From the NCBI RefSeq assembly GCF_020745735.1, contig NW_026867516.1:675144-739143 (forward strand): 64,000 bases of DNA, in the 5' to 3' direction. Position 1 is the first letter of the stretch. Each line of letters starts with the position of its first letter. Below, in pieces: positions 51,006 through 63,530 of the stretch. The notes beneath the pieces are model-generated. The model did not search any database and was not told the origin of the DNA. It saw nothing but the letters and a program-made list of their open reading frames with translations. Position numbers and translations under genes: made by a program. This DNA comes from Hemiscyllium ocellatum (Eukaryota).

Positions 51006-51319
51006 TCCTGCTTCTTGGATACTGCCTGATCTGCTGCGCTTTTCCAGCAACACTTTTTCATCCCTCATCTTTCCCCAATCAACCTAAACCTATGTCCTCC
51101 AGTTTGTGACTCCCCTAACCGAGGGAAAAGATATACAAAAGTTGAGCAGCCAGCCAAAATGCAAAAGGAATACAATGTCAAGCCACCGGGGGGTGGGGGG
51201 GGCGGGGGTGGAGGGGGTGGAGGGAAGGGGAAGGAGAGAATTGTGGTTCTACTTTTTTTTCCCTCCGATCGGCATTTGGACACTTCAAACCTGTCAGTAA
51301 CATAAGCATCTCTGAAGAG

Positions 51320-51613
51320 CATAATGCGCATGCCCATCGGTGTCAGCAAGCACTGCGCATGTCCGCTGGTGTCAGCAAAAGACTGTGCACGCTCCTGGCT
51401 GTACGCACAAACAACTCATGACCTACTTTTGATGGACCAATAGGGAACACGGGAGGACCGGAAGGTGTCTAGTCCTCCTGCCAATCAGAGCACCACTATT
51501 GTCTGAATGCGGAAGTTGGACAATGACCTTCTGAAGCAGCTGCTGCTCCTGTCTCTCTGAATGAAGATTAAGCTTTACCCCAAACTTCAACTTTCTTCCT
51601 CTGTCCAACATCT
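51320..51613 (+). promoter_or_regulatory. Promoter and exon 1 of the 57-kb ZNF gene
   Basis: Same motif set as the 29-kb promoter. Donor at 51613/51614. Acceptor at 56983. Confidence 0.7.
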
Positions 51614-51746
51614 GTGAGTACGGCACTCTCTTTCCTCGCCATCTGTTCCACTTTTTTTTTCATTCTGGCGTTCAATTGTTGACTTGCAACAACTGAAAGG
51701 AAAGGGAGTGAATTCAGGGAGGGGGACAGAGTGTAGAAATATTGGT

Positions 51747-51930
51747 CGAGAGTGTGGTGCTGGAAAAGCACAGCAGGTCAGGCAGCATCCGAGGAGCAGG
51801 AAAATCGACGTTTCGGGCAAAAGTCCTTCATCAGGAATTTTCCTGCTGCTCGGATGCTGCCTGACCTGCGTGCTTTTCCAGCACCACACTCTCGACTCTA
51901 ATCTCTGGCATCAGCAGTACTCACTTTTTT
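51747..51930. mobile_element. Fold-back family-A mini-element with hammerhead in the loop
   Basis: ~60-bp inverted arms. Minus-strand hammerhead at ~51803-51840. 14/16 direct repeat at 51731-51746 and 51931-51946. Confidence 0.75.
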
Positions 51931-54900
51931 GTCTAGAAATGTTGGTGCAGATCTGTGTCTCAATTGGCAAATACGTGGCAAATGCATGACCACAATGTGA
52001 TCATATAACCTTTGCTGTGGGAAAACAAAAGCAGAAAGGAGGTGCATTGTTTTAATGGTGATATGTTGGGATATGGAGAAAGTGAGGAGTGCAGATGCTG
52101 GAGATCAAAGTTGACAAGTGTGGCCCTGGAAAAGAACAGCGGGTCAAACAGCATCCAAGGACCAGGAAGTCGACGTTTTGGACACGAGCCGTTCATCAGG
52201 AATGTTATGTGGATGTACAAAGAGGTTTCAGTGTCTTTCTCCACCAGTCAATACCAGTTGTCAGACAGATGCAAGTAGTGTATTAGCAAGAGGAATTGAG
52301 TTCAGAGGTTGGGTGGGCCCTTCCTGCGGTTAGGGGATCATTGAATATATTCAAGGCTGAGTTCATCTGATTTTTGAACAACAATGAAGTGGATGATTAT
52401 GAGGGAACAGAAAAGATGGTTATAAGAACAGTTACAGAATCATACAGCACAGAAACAGATACTTGATTTCATGCTGACTATATTCATAAACTAAACTAGT
52501 CCTACGTTGTTTGGCCTATATATCTCTGAACCTTTCCTATTCATGTACTTATCCATAAGAGCAGAAATTAAGCCATTCAGCCCACTGGGTCTGCCCAGAC
52601 CATTCAATTGCGGCTGATAAGTGTCTCAGCCCCATTCTCCTGTTTTCTCTCTTTAACCCTCGATCCCCTTGATACTCAAGAACTGTTTCTGTCTCAGTGT
52701 TAAATATCCTCAGTTAGCTGGCCTCCACAGCCTTCTGTGGCAATGAATTCCATCAGTTCACCACTCTCTGGCTAAAGAAATTTCTCCTAATCTCCGTTCT
52801 GAAAGGTCTTCCCTTTACTCTAAGGCTGTGCCCTCGGCCGCTAGTCTCTCCTTCCAATGGAAACATCTTCCCAACATCAACTCGTCCAGGCCATTGAGTA
52901 TTCTGTTTGTTTCAATTAGATTCCCCTGAGTGTGGCCCTGTTAATCAGCATGAACCAGACCCTTCAGGATGAGGTACAGCAGGGATTAGGTTCAACAAAG
53001 TGAGAATGGTGGGAGTGTGTGGGATGGAGATTTTGAGCTTCCAGGGAATAAGAATTACAGAGAGTTTGCTATAAATTAGAATTGTTTGGATGGGACAATG
53101 GGCCAGGGAGTGGCAGATGGAGATTAATTTAGGGAAATATGATGTTTGTATTTTGGTAAGGCAATCCAGGCAGGACAGTTAAGGGAGTGTTTCAGAACAA
53201 AGAGACCTTGGAGTGCAGGTTCATTGTTCCTTGAAAGTGCAGTCTCAGGTAGCCAGAATAGTTAAGAAGGTATTTTGTATGCTTTCCTTTATTAGTCAGA
53301 GCATTGAGTATCGGAGTTGGGAGGTCATGTTGTGACTGTACAGGACATTGGTTAGGCCCCTTTTAAAATACTGCGTTCAGTTCTGGTCTCCCTGCTACAG
53401 GAAATATGGTGTGAAACTTTGAAAGAGGTCAGAAAAGTCTTAAAAGGCTGTTGCCAGAGTTGGAGGGTTTGATCTACAGAGAGAGGCTGAATCAGTCAGG
53501 GATATTTTCCTGGAGCACCAGACGCTCAGCGGTGACCTTATAAATGTTTATAAGGGGCATGGATAGGGTGAATGCAGAACTAGAGAGTATATGTTTGAGT
53601 GAGAGGGGAATGATTTAAAAGGGACATGAAGGGCAACTTGTTTCATGCAGAAGGTGGTGCATGTATTGAATGAGCTGTCGTAGGAAGGGGTGGAGCCTGA
53701 TACAATTACAGTATTTAAAAGGCATCTGGATGGGTACAAGAATAGGAAGCTGGTAAATGGGACTAGATTAAGTTAGGATATCTGGGCGGCACATATGAGT
53801 TGGACTGAAGGGTCTGTTTCTGTGCTGTATGATTGTCTGGGTCTTTGGTGAAACCAAAAGTGCCATTGCGAAGACTGGACTTTCAGAGCAGCCTTCAAAG
53901 ATGTTTTGTCCTTACTGGGAGCAGAAGGAGTTACAATGAAATCTTTCATTTATGAGACAGCACCTGAGTGAGTGAGTACATCTGAGATTTTGGTGGAAAG
54001 TGGGATTTCATTGCACTGTGGGGATGAAACCCTACCCTATCCAGTCATTTCTGCTGGTGGGTGAGACCAGACCTCAAGATTAGTTGGAGTGGATTTAGGA
54101 TAGAGATGAGGAAGAACTGCTTTTCCCAGAGAATAGTGAATCTATGTAATTCTCTGCCCAGGGAAGCAGTAGAGGCAGCTTAATTAAGTATATTCAGGAC
54201 ACAGTTAGATGGGTTTTTGCATGGTAAAGGTATTAAGGGTAGTTGGGACAATGCAGGGAGGAGAAGCTGAGACATTGGAGAGATCAGTCATGATCTAAAT
54301 GAATGGCGAAGCAGGCTCGAAGGGCTAAATGACCTACTCCTGCTTCTATTACTATGAAACTCTAACCCAGCATTTCCCATGGCTAACCCACCTAACCTGC
54401 ACATCTTTGGACACTATGAGCAATTTAGCATGGCCATTCCAAATCAAGGCCAGTAAGCAATACAGTAATGTGAAAAATGAACATCAGAGAATGACAGAAA
54501 GACATGGAGAGTAAATGTACCAGCAATCATAACTGGATTCTAAAGATCACAGAAATTGAAATTAAAAATGGTATGTCTGAATGTGTGCTGCATTGCAGCA
54601 AAAGCGAATGAATTGACTGCACACATTGAAGGGAATCATTAAAATATGGGACTCCTTACAGAGATATGGCTCCAGGATGACAAGAATTGGATCCTCAATA
54701 TTGAGAAGGTGATCAAATGGGAAGCAAGATAAAGGTAGAGGGTTAGCACAGGTAATCAAAGCACTGATCACAGGGTAATCTGGTGTCAGCTCAGGTTTCA
54801 GGTCCTGATTTCTCATGATGCTTTGATCCCCTTTTTTTTTTACACACCTTCTGGAACAATAAGTCAATCCAGACCCACAATCTCCCAGCCTGTTAACCAT

Positions 54901-57374
54901 CCAGACACTGAGTGTAGTCATAGCAGGGAATAAAACAAGAAATGTGAACCAAAATTAGAAATAAGTAGGTGCTTGTGCTTAATATTGTTCAATAGGGAGT
55001 AATCCAGAAATACTACTCTCCCAGGATTCCTACAGTGCCTTATTTGAGGAATTCTCTCACCCTTACATCGAGCTATTAGTACCTATGATGACTTACAACA
55101 ATATTTATACCAACAGAACAAAAAGTATCTGTTGTCAAATTGACATAGAGATATACAGCATGGAAACAGACTTTTTCTCTCTGTCATGCACACACACACA
55201 TGCACAAGTCCATGGGGGTGAATTTGTGTTTGCAGAATGATATTTGCATATGCATTCTATTTTCCACAATCTGCAGACAGTTAATACATCTAATATTTTG
55301 TAAATTTCACATTGGAAATAGAACCAGTCTGACTGGAGACTGGGATACAGATTCTGACCTCACGCCTTTAATGCATTATTTGAGCTGAGGTGTCTCCTTT
55401 TGTTATAAAGCTTCAAAGTTATCCTGGGAAGGTGCCTTACAGGAAGTTCTGGGATTTACATATTAATGATATCTGCAATCCATTGTAAAAGATGAAAGAC
55501 TTAATGATCCAGGGTTGTGAATATATCATTTCAATACCAGGACACTGTAATGTTTTCCCAGAAATTCTGTGTCTTATGATCTTACTCCACAACCACTTGA
55601 TGAAGGAGCAGCGCTCCAAACGCTAGTGCTTCCAAATAAACCCGTTGGACAATAACCTGGTGTTGTGTGATTTTTAACTTTGTCCAGGTAAGGTTTGATT
55701 GGCCAGGCCAAATTACCCATAGTGCCCAGGGATGTGCAGGTTAGATGTATTAGTCAAGGGGTAAATGTAGAGTAATAGGAGGAGGGGAATGGGTGTGGTG
55801 AGGTTGCCATTCGGAGGTTGGTGTGGACTTGTTAGAACAGTGAGGGTTCTCTGAAGTGAAGGGATTTTTGTTCACTGTTCAGGAAGGGAGGTGGGGGGGA
55901 GAGGGGAGAAGCAGCGTGGGGGGAGGAGGGAGGAAATGGTGTATGGGAGGAGAGGGGAGGGGTGGGTGGAGTGCGGGGGGAGGAAATTTGTTTACTTGTA
56001 GCAACTGGAGTGAACCCAGGGAGGGAGCAGACTCTGCAAACTCAGATATGTGCCTTAATTACCCGGGTAAGGAGGGTTGGAAGGATAGGGTGTTGCTGTT
56101 TTCCCTAGTGCGTCAGAGTGTGAGGGGTAACCTGATAGACTTTTTTAAAATCATGAGGGGCATGGATTGGGTAAATAGACGAGGTCTTTTCCTTGGGATG
56201 GGGAGTCCAGAACTCGAGGGTAATAGATTTAAGGTGAGGGCAGGGGGAGGGAGACTGGAAAGAGATCTAAGGGGCAACATTTTCACGCAGAGGATGGTGC
56301 ATGTATGGAATGAGCTGCCAAAGGAAGTGGTGAAGGCTGGTGCAATGACAACATTTAAAAGTCATCAGCATGAGTGTGTGAAAAGGAAGGGCTCAAAGGG
56401 ATATGGGCAAAGCGCTGGCAAATGGGACGAGATTAATTTTGGATATCTGGTTGGACACAGAAGAATTTGACCGAAATGTCTGTTTCTGTGCTGTACATCT
56501 CGATGACTCTGGCTTTCCACGAATGTTTGTCATGTCTGTATGTTCAGTTTCTGTGGTGGCGGTATCAATGCCTTGATGGTTCATTTTGCTTTCTCTCTCA
56601 CCCCCATCAGTTCCTGGGAATGTTAACCATTTTGTGTTTGGTTGTTCTTCAAGAACCTGCATTGCAGGCTCACCCCGAATTGACATTTTTTTGCTTCCCA
56701 AAATCAGACCTGCTCACTCTCAGCAATATCCCAGTGTTGTGAAAGATATTAAATTTCAGGTGGAGTTATCCAAAACTCAGATGTCAGTCTTGACGTTTTT
56801 GCTTTTCTGCCCCTATCAGATCCTGAATCAACACCTTCAGGAGAATGAGTTAGAGCGAAGGGCGGGAGAGAGAGAGAGAGGGATAGTGCTTTCAATTTTG
56901 TGGAATAACAACACAAACAAATTGCTTGTTCTGAATTTTTATTCTGGACTGACAGGAATGAATTTTCTAATCTCTTTTTACAGAGTATTTGAAGATCTGA
57001 AGACGGAAGTTTCAAAATCAACAGATGAAGGACTTATGCCCAAAATGTCGACTCTCCTGCTCTTCAGGTGCTGCCTGACCTGCTGTGCTTTTTCAGCGTC
57101 GCACTTTTCAACACTGACTCTCCAGCGTCTGCAGTCCTCACTTTGACGTCAATGTCTGACAGTCACTCAATCCATCCGGACAGCAACAATCGTTGACTGA
57201 TTCTGTGAGAAGGAGCAAAGCTTTTTGGTTCCTGTTTCAGTCCGTTTTCAGCATCAGTGGGACTGGATGAGGGACCCTACTGTTGGAGTGCACTGAGTGT
57301 GGAGCCTGAAACAGTTATAAGGCCTGGGAAGAGGAATTCACGGAGGGGAGGAGCTCTACACGTGTTGTGTGTGG

Positions 57375-58103
57375 ATGAAGCTTCGGCCATGGAGAAACCC
57401 AAGGAATCCTGCCCCATGGAGAAACCGTGGAAGTGTGGCGACTGGGAAAGATTTCCGTTTCCCATCTGCTCTGGAGATTCATCGTCGCAGTCACACCGGG
57501 GAGAGGCCATTCCCCTGCACAGACTGCGGGAAGGCCTTCAGCAATTCCTCCGACCTGGTGAGGCACCGGCGGGTCCACACCAGGGAGAGGCCCTTCAGCT
57601 GCCCTGAGTGTGGGAAGGCCTTCAGCAATTGCTCTGACCTGGTGAGGCACCGGCGGGTCCACACGGGGGAGCAGCCCTTCAGGTGCTCCACATGCAGGAA
57701 GGGCTTTACCCAGGCCTCCACCCTGTTGGCCCACCGGCAGCTCCACACTGGGGAGAGGCTGTTCATCTGCACTGAATGTGGGAAGGGCTTCAGCAATTCC
57801 TTCGCCCTGCTGACCCACCAGCGGGTCCACACGGGAGAGAGGCCGTTCCCCTGCACAGAGTGCAGGAAGGCCTTCAACAGTTCCTCCGACAGGCTGAAGC
57901 ACCAGCGGTTCCACACGGGGGAGAGGCCCTTCAGCTGCCCAGAGTGCAGGAAAGGCTTTACCCAGGCCTCTGACCTGCTGAGGCACCAGCGGGTCCACAC
58001 GGGGGAGAGGCCGTTCACCTGCTATCAGTGCGGGAAGAGCTTTAGCCGCTCCTCCCACCTGCGGAGGCACCAGAGAGTTCACATGCCATCGCAGGGGGTT
58101 TAA
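57375..58103 (+). CDS. C2H2 zinc-finger ORF with 7 intact fingers; ancestral start (57389) is frameshifted, so it may be a pseudogene
   Basis: 2-nt deletion in finger 1 (GACTGGGAAAG vs GACTGTGGGAAAG). ATG at 57375 is in frame with fingers 2-8. AATAAA at 58669. Confidence 0.55.
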   Translation: MKLRPWRNPRNPAPWRNRGSVATGKDFRFPSALEIHRRSHTGERPFPCTDCGKAFSNSSDLVRHRRVHTRERPFSCPECGKAFSNCSDLVRHRRVHTGEQPFRCSTCRKGFTQASTLLAHRQLHTGERLFICTECGKGFSNSFALLTHQRVHTGERPFPCTECRKAFNSSSDRLKHQRFHTGERPFSCPECRKGFTQASDLLRHQRVHTGERPFTCYQCGKSFSRSSHLRRHQRVHMPSQGV

Positions 58104-61079
58104 AGCAGCGACGGCTGAGTGGCTTTATCAACCCAGTTCCAGGAGCTGCCAAGGCAGATGGCGGAATTGGAATTTGGTTCCAAATCTGGAGTTCAGAATC
58201 TAACAATGAAACCATTGTCAGGGAGGGGAGGGGGAACCCCCATCTGATTCACTCACAACCTTTTTAGGGAAGGAAACTGCTATTGTGGGAACGGATTCAC
58301 TCACTCGTCCCAGTGCATCCTTTACCCAGACCCACAGCAGTCTGGTTGAGTATTCTGCACGCCGCCTCCCCCTCTTCCCCCCCTCCCCCCCCCCCAACCC
58401 CACTCCAACTGATGAGGGGGGAAAAACCTACTTGGAGACAAGGTATGGGTTTAAATTGGTGCATGAGGCAATACTACTTCTAGTTTATGGCTATACCAAG
58501 GATCCAATTACAAAAGGACAACTCTGTGCTGACAAATAGTAAAGAAAGTGGGGGTGAGGGGGCGGGAGGAGAAGTGTGTGGGCTTTGACCTTGAGCTGTT
58601 TTAAAAAAAAATACTTTTTCTACACCTTTTTGCTGGGGGAATCTGAAGCTGTAACAAAATTGGGTCGCAATAAAGGTTACCTGAACTTACTACTGGGCTC
58701 AGACTCTCATTGAAAGCTTTCAGCTCAAGAGGTTTTTGTTTTAAAGCTGCTCATTTCTTTCAGCCTCCTGCACTGAGTTTCCAATGTTATGTATCAGATG
58801 GAGCGGTGAATGAGTAGCTAGTATTAGAAATTGTAAATGTTTTAGGAATGCAGGTACTGCGTTGTTTTATCAGCATTGTAAAGTTTCCTGGTGGAAGTGT
58901 GGGCTGTGTTCACTAGAAATGTTGTGGAGGTGTCAGTGTTGGACTGGTGTGCACAAAGTTAAAATCTCACAACACCAGGTTATAGTCCAACAGGTTTATT
59001 TGGAAGCACTAGCCTTAGGCGCGCTGCTCCTTCATCAGGTAGCTGTGGAGCAGGATCAGAAGACACAGATTTTATAGCAAAAGATCACAGTTTCATACAA
59101 CTGATAGGAGATATTGAACAAACCTTGATTGCTGTTAAGTCTTCCATCTTTTAGAATGGATTGCAGGTTTCTGTTCATTAATATGTAAATCCCAGAACTA
59201 CTTTTAATTCATGTTCTCAAGATGACTTAAGGTTTTATAAAAATAGGTGACATCTCAGCTCAGACAATACATGAAAGGTGAGAGGTTCGGTCTGTCTGTA
59301 TCCCAATCTTGAATCAGACTGGTTCTACTCCCAAAGTATGAGTTGATAAAATATGACATGGATTGATTGCCTTCATTAACTGCCTGCCGATGTTTCCACA
59401 AAAAGCACACATTGAATCTATCTGCAAATATAATACTGCAAACGTAAATTCATCCCATGGACTTGTATGTATGTGCGTGCATGAGAGAATAGTGAGTGCA
59501 TGTAAGTTTTTTCGTGTGTGTATAATGGAGTATGAGCCTGTGAGAGGGTGTGTGCAGTGATGGGTTTGTGTGTGTCTGAGAGAGACCATGTGTACGAGAG
59601 AGGGTCTGCGTGAGTATGAGAGAGTGAGATCACCCAAAGTTATCCTCATGGGTTCTGAACTTGGCCATCAACCTCTGCTCGGCCACTGGAAACAGTTAAG
59701 CAGTGACACAACACACATCGGAGAGGACAGAGTGGCACTTGTCTCACAGAAGGTGGGAGGCTCTGGATGCTATCATCCAGGGGAAACACACACTGGAGGA
59801 CCTTCGGCTCAGACAGATTCAGCTGGAAGCCAGGCTGCAGACACGGTGGTGGTGGTGGTGGTGGTGGGTGGGGGGATCTTAACCGGACACTTTATTCTGC
59901 GAGATGGTCATTCCCTTCAGGACAGTCTTCTGATTGGGTCAAGGATTGTCTCTGTTCTCTGCAGTTGCCAGCAGGAGGCCAGATGATATTGGTGTCTGCC
60001 TGGTGCCAGGATTCAGGAACCGATAAGAAGAGGGAGAGAGAATGGATGGTGCTGACTCTACCTGGGAAATGGCTTATTTTTAACATTAAGAATAGCTAAA
60101 ATGATATATTCAGAAACATTATTAAAGCATGATCAATTTCATAAAAAAGCTGCAGACATCTTTTGAAACTCGCATTGAAATATGTGCAGCTAGGCCACAG
60201 TTGAGGACGGGCTGTAATGGGTGAATGGCCTATTCCTAGTCTTGTGAAATTGGCTCTGACTACGTCGAAAAAGAATCGGAGTTGTAGAGCACAGAAGGAA
60301 GGCCTTTGGTCTGGGCTGACCAGATGTCCTAAATTCATGTCGTCTCATTTGCTAGCACATTGCCCATATCCCTGTAAACCTTCCTGTTCATGTCCCCATC
60401 CATATAAATGTCGTAATTGTACCATTTCCTCTGGCAGCTCATTCAATACACGCACCACTCTCAGCATGAAACAAGTTGCCCCATAGGACACTTTTACGTT
60501 TTCCCCTCTCACCCTAAAACTAATGTCTTCTACTTCTGGACCTTGCCACCCCAGGGGAAATACCTTGTCTATTTACATTATCTATGCACCTCATGATTTT
60601 ATAAACCTCTATAAGGTTACCCGCTCAGCCTCCAATACTCCAGGGAAAACAGGCCCAGCCTATTCAGCCTCTCCCTGGAGCTCCACCCCTAACAACATCC
60701 TTATAAGTCGTTTCTCAACCCTTTCAAGTTTCACAACAGTCTTCCCACTGAGTGATCAATAGGCTGTGAACAATCTATTTTTGTTGGGGTGTAAGAGAGG
60801 GCATTTCTTGAGGCCAATGAACTTTCACACTGTTTTTATTTCTAATCCGAGGTCCCTCCAAATCTTTCCCCATTTACCCTAAACCTTTGCCTTAAGCCTT
60901 AGGACCCCGACCCTGGGGAAAAGATATACAAAATTTGAGCAGCCAGACAAAATGCAGTAGGACTAAAAAGTCGAGCCACAGATGGGGAAAAGAAAGTGGC
61001 TCCAGCCTTTTTTTCTCCTCCTGGCATTTGGACACTTCAAACCTGTCAGTAATACCAGCTCCCAGGATCTCCAGCCTCT

Positions 61080-61353
61080 CTGTCAGCAAGCACTGCGCAT
61101 GCTCCTCGGAGTCAGCAAAAAACTGCATCAGCTGCTCGGTGTCCGCGCACACGGCTCGCGTCCTTCTTTCGATGGACCAATAGGAAGCACTGGAGGACCG
61201 GAAAGAGACTGGTCCTCCTGCCAATCAGAGCGCCCTGTTGTCTGAATGCGGAAGTTGGAACATGAGCTTCGGAAGTTGCTGTTGTTGCTCCTCTCTCTGA
61301 ATAAAGATTGAACTTCACTCTAGATTGCAACCTCCTTCCTCTGTCCAACATCT
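61080..61353 (+). promoter_or_regulatory. Promoter and exon 1 of a further ZNF unit (coding exon beyond the window)
   Basis: Same motif set. Donor TCT|GTGAGT at 61353/61354. Downstream intron homologous to the other units. Confidence 0.7.
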
Positions 61354-62894
61354 GTGAGTACGGCACTCTCTTTTCTCACCATATTTTTCGTTTCTTTTCT
61401 AAATTCTGAGCTTCAATTGTTGACTTGCAGCAACTGAAAGGAAATGGGGTGATTCGGGGGTTGGGGGAACAGACTCTGCAAACATTGGTCCAGGTCTGTC
61501 TCCATTGGCAAACGCATGAACACAATGTGATGATTTTGCCTTTGCTGTGGAAGAAAATGCCGAAAAAAGGTCATTGTTTAAATGGTTATATACTGGGATA
61601 TGGAGAAAGTGAGGGCTGCACATGCTGGAGATTAGAGTCGAAAAGTGTGGTGCTGGAAAAGCACAGCAGGTCAGGCAGTATCCGAGGAGCAGGAATGTTG
61701 GTGATTTAGTCACGAGCCCTTCATCAGGAATGATGTGTGGATGTACAATGGGGTCTCAGCGTCCTTCCACACCAGTCACTGCCTGTTGTCAGACAGGGTG
61801 TAGCAAGCAATCAGCAAGGCAAGTGGTATATTAGCAAGAGTTCAGAAGTTGGGATGGCTTTCTGTGATCAGGCAGTCATTGAATATATTCAAGCCTGTGT
61901 TCATCTGATTTCTGAACAACAAAGAAGTGGATGGTGATGAGGGAAGGTAAAAATAATGGTTTTAAGACCAGTATAGAACAGTTACAGTCATACAGCACAG
62001 AAACAGACACTTCAGTCCAGCTAGTCCATGCTGCTATATTCATAAACTAAACTAGTCCTATGTAGTTTGGCTCATATCCCTTTGAACCTTTCCTACTCAT
62101 GTACTGATCCAAATGTCTTTTAAATGTTATTACTGTACCTATATCCATCACTTCCTCAGGACATTGATTCCACACACAAACCACTGTCTTTCGAAAAAAA
62201 GGTGTTCCTCGTGTGTTTTTTAAAATCTTTCTCCTCTCCTTGAAAGTTTGCTCCCTAATCTTGAAATCCCCACCTGTAGGAAACAGCACCAGCCACTCAC
62301 CTCATTGACACCCCTCTTGGTTTTATAAACTTTATAGGTAACCTCTCAACTTCCTGTGCTTCAGTGAAAAATGTCCCAGCCTATCCACCTAGATGTAGGT
62401 ATATTCATATCCAGTTATGATCTGTTCGGTGCTGGTGCATGCTCAAAAGACCAAATGGCCTACTCCTGCTCCCAATTCTCTCTCACTCTGTGTCCAAGAC
62501 AGCAAGAGACCATAAGACAGAGGATCAGAAAGTAGGCCATTCAGCCCATCAGGTCTGCTCATATCACACAATCGTGGTTGATGTGTTTCTCAACCCCATT
62601 CTCCCACTTCCTCCCCATAACCCTTGATACTCAAGAACTTATCTATCTCAGTCTTAAATATCCTCCGTGACCTGGCCTCCACAGCCTCATGTGGCAATGA
62701 ATTCCATGGATTCACTACTCTCAGGCTGAAAAGTTTTCCCTGATCTCCCTTCTAAAAGGTCTTCCCTTTTCTAGTCTCTTTCAGGTCCTGGTCTCTCCCA
62801 CTAATGGAAACATCTTCCCAACGCCCACTTTGTTTAGGTCTTTCAATGTTCTGTATATTTCCATTAAATCTCCCCTGAGTGAGAGTGTGGCCTG

Positions 62895-63530
62895 TGTCAT
62901 GGTCTAAGCCAGACCACTCAAAACATTCTTAAGCAGGCAGCCCCAGACCATAACTTTGTAATTTGATTTGGTAAGTGTACAGTGAAAATTATCTGGAGTA
63001 AGTGAGCTCAGTTGACTAATGGATTTTAAAACAGACAAAAATTATTCTCAAAATTACACAATGCAACACAAAGATCAGAATAAAGAACGCCTACAGAACT
63101 CAGCCTATCCAACTAGACTTAGTTATGCTGTTCTGAATATACACAACAGTCCCAATAAGCCAACTCCCTTTGAAAACCATTATTAATGGAACACATGCTT
63201 ATAGGTTGAAGTTGAGAGACAGAAAAGAACGAGAGAGAGAGTTTCCACACAGCTCCCTGTTGAACTTGCAACCAGTTCAAGACTGAACTAAAACTGCTTC
63301 GGTCACTCCCTTTTCTTGATACAGGTCACTTCTAAAACATGACCAATTTGGCCTGAAGTTGCATCTGTTTACATATAAACAAAAGGCCTCTCAAAATTCT
63401 TTTCATCTCTGTTCAAACCAGACTGATCAGAACCTGGCCGGTTTATTACCTCTCTGAAAAAAGTCACGGACAGTGTCTCCTTGAGCCAGGGAAAAGCTTT
63501 TAGTCCAAAAAAGGAACTAGCTTTGTGACA
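62895..63530 (-). mobile_element. Solo LTR (Gypsy-like), 636 bp
   Basis: TGTCA...TGACA termini with 4-bp TSD CCTG (62891-62894, 63531-63534). Empty site in paralog at ~52935. Minus-strand AATAAA at ~63442-63447. Confidence 0.85.
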
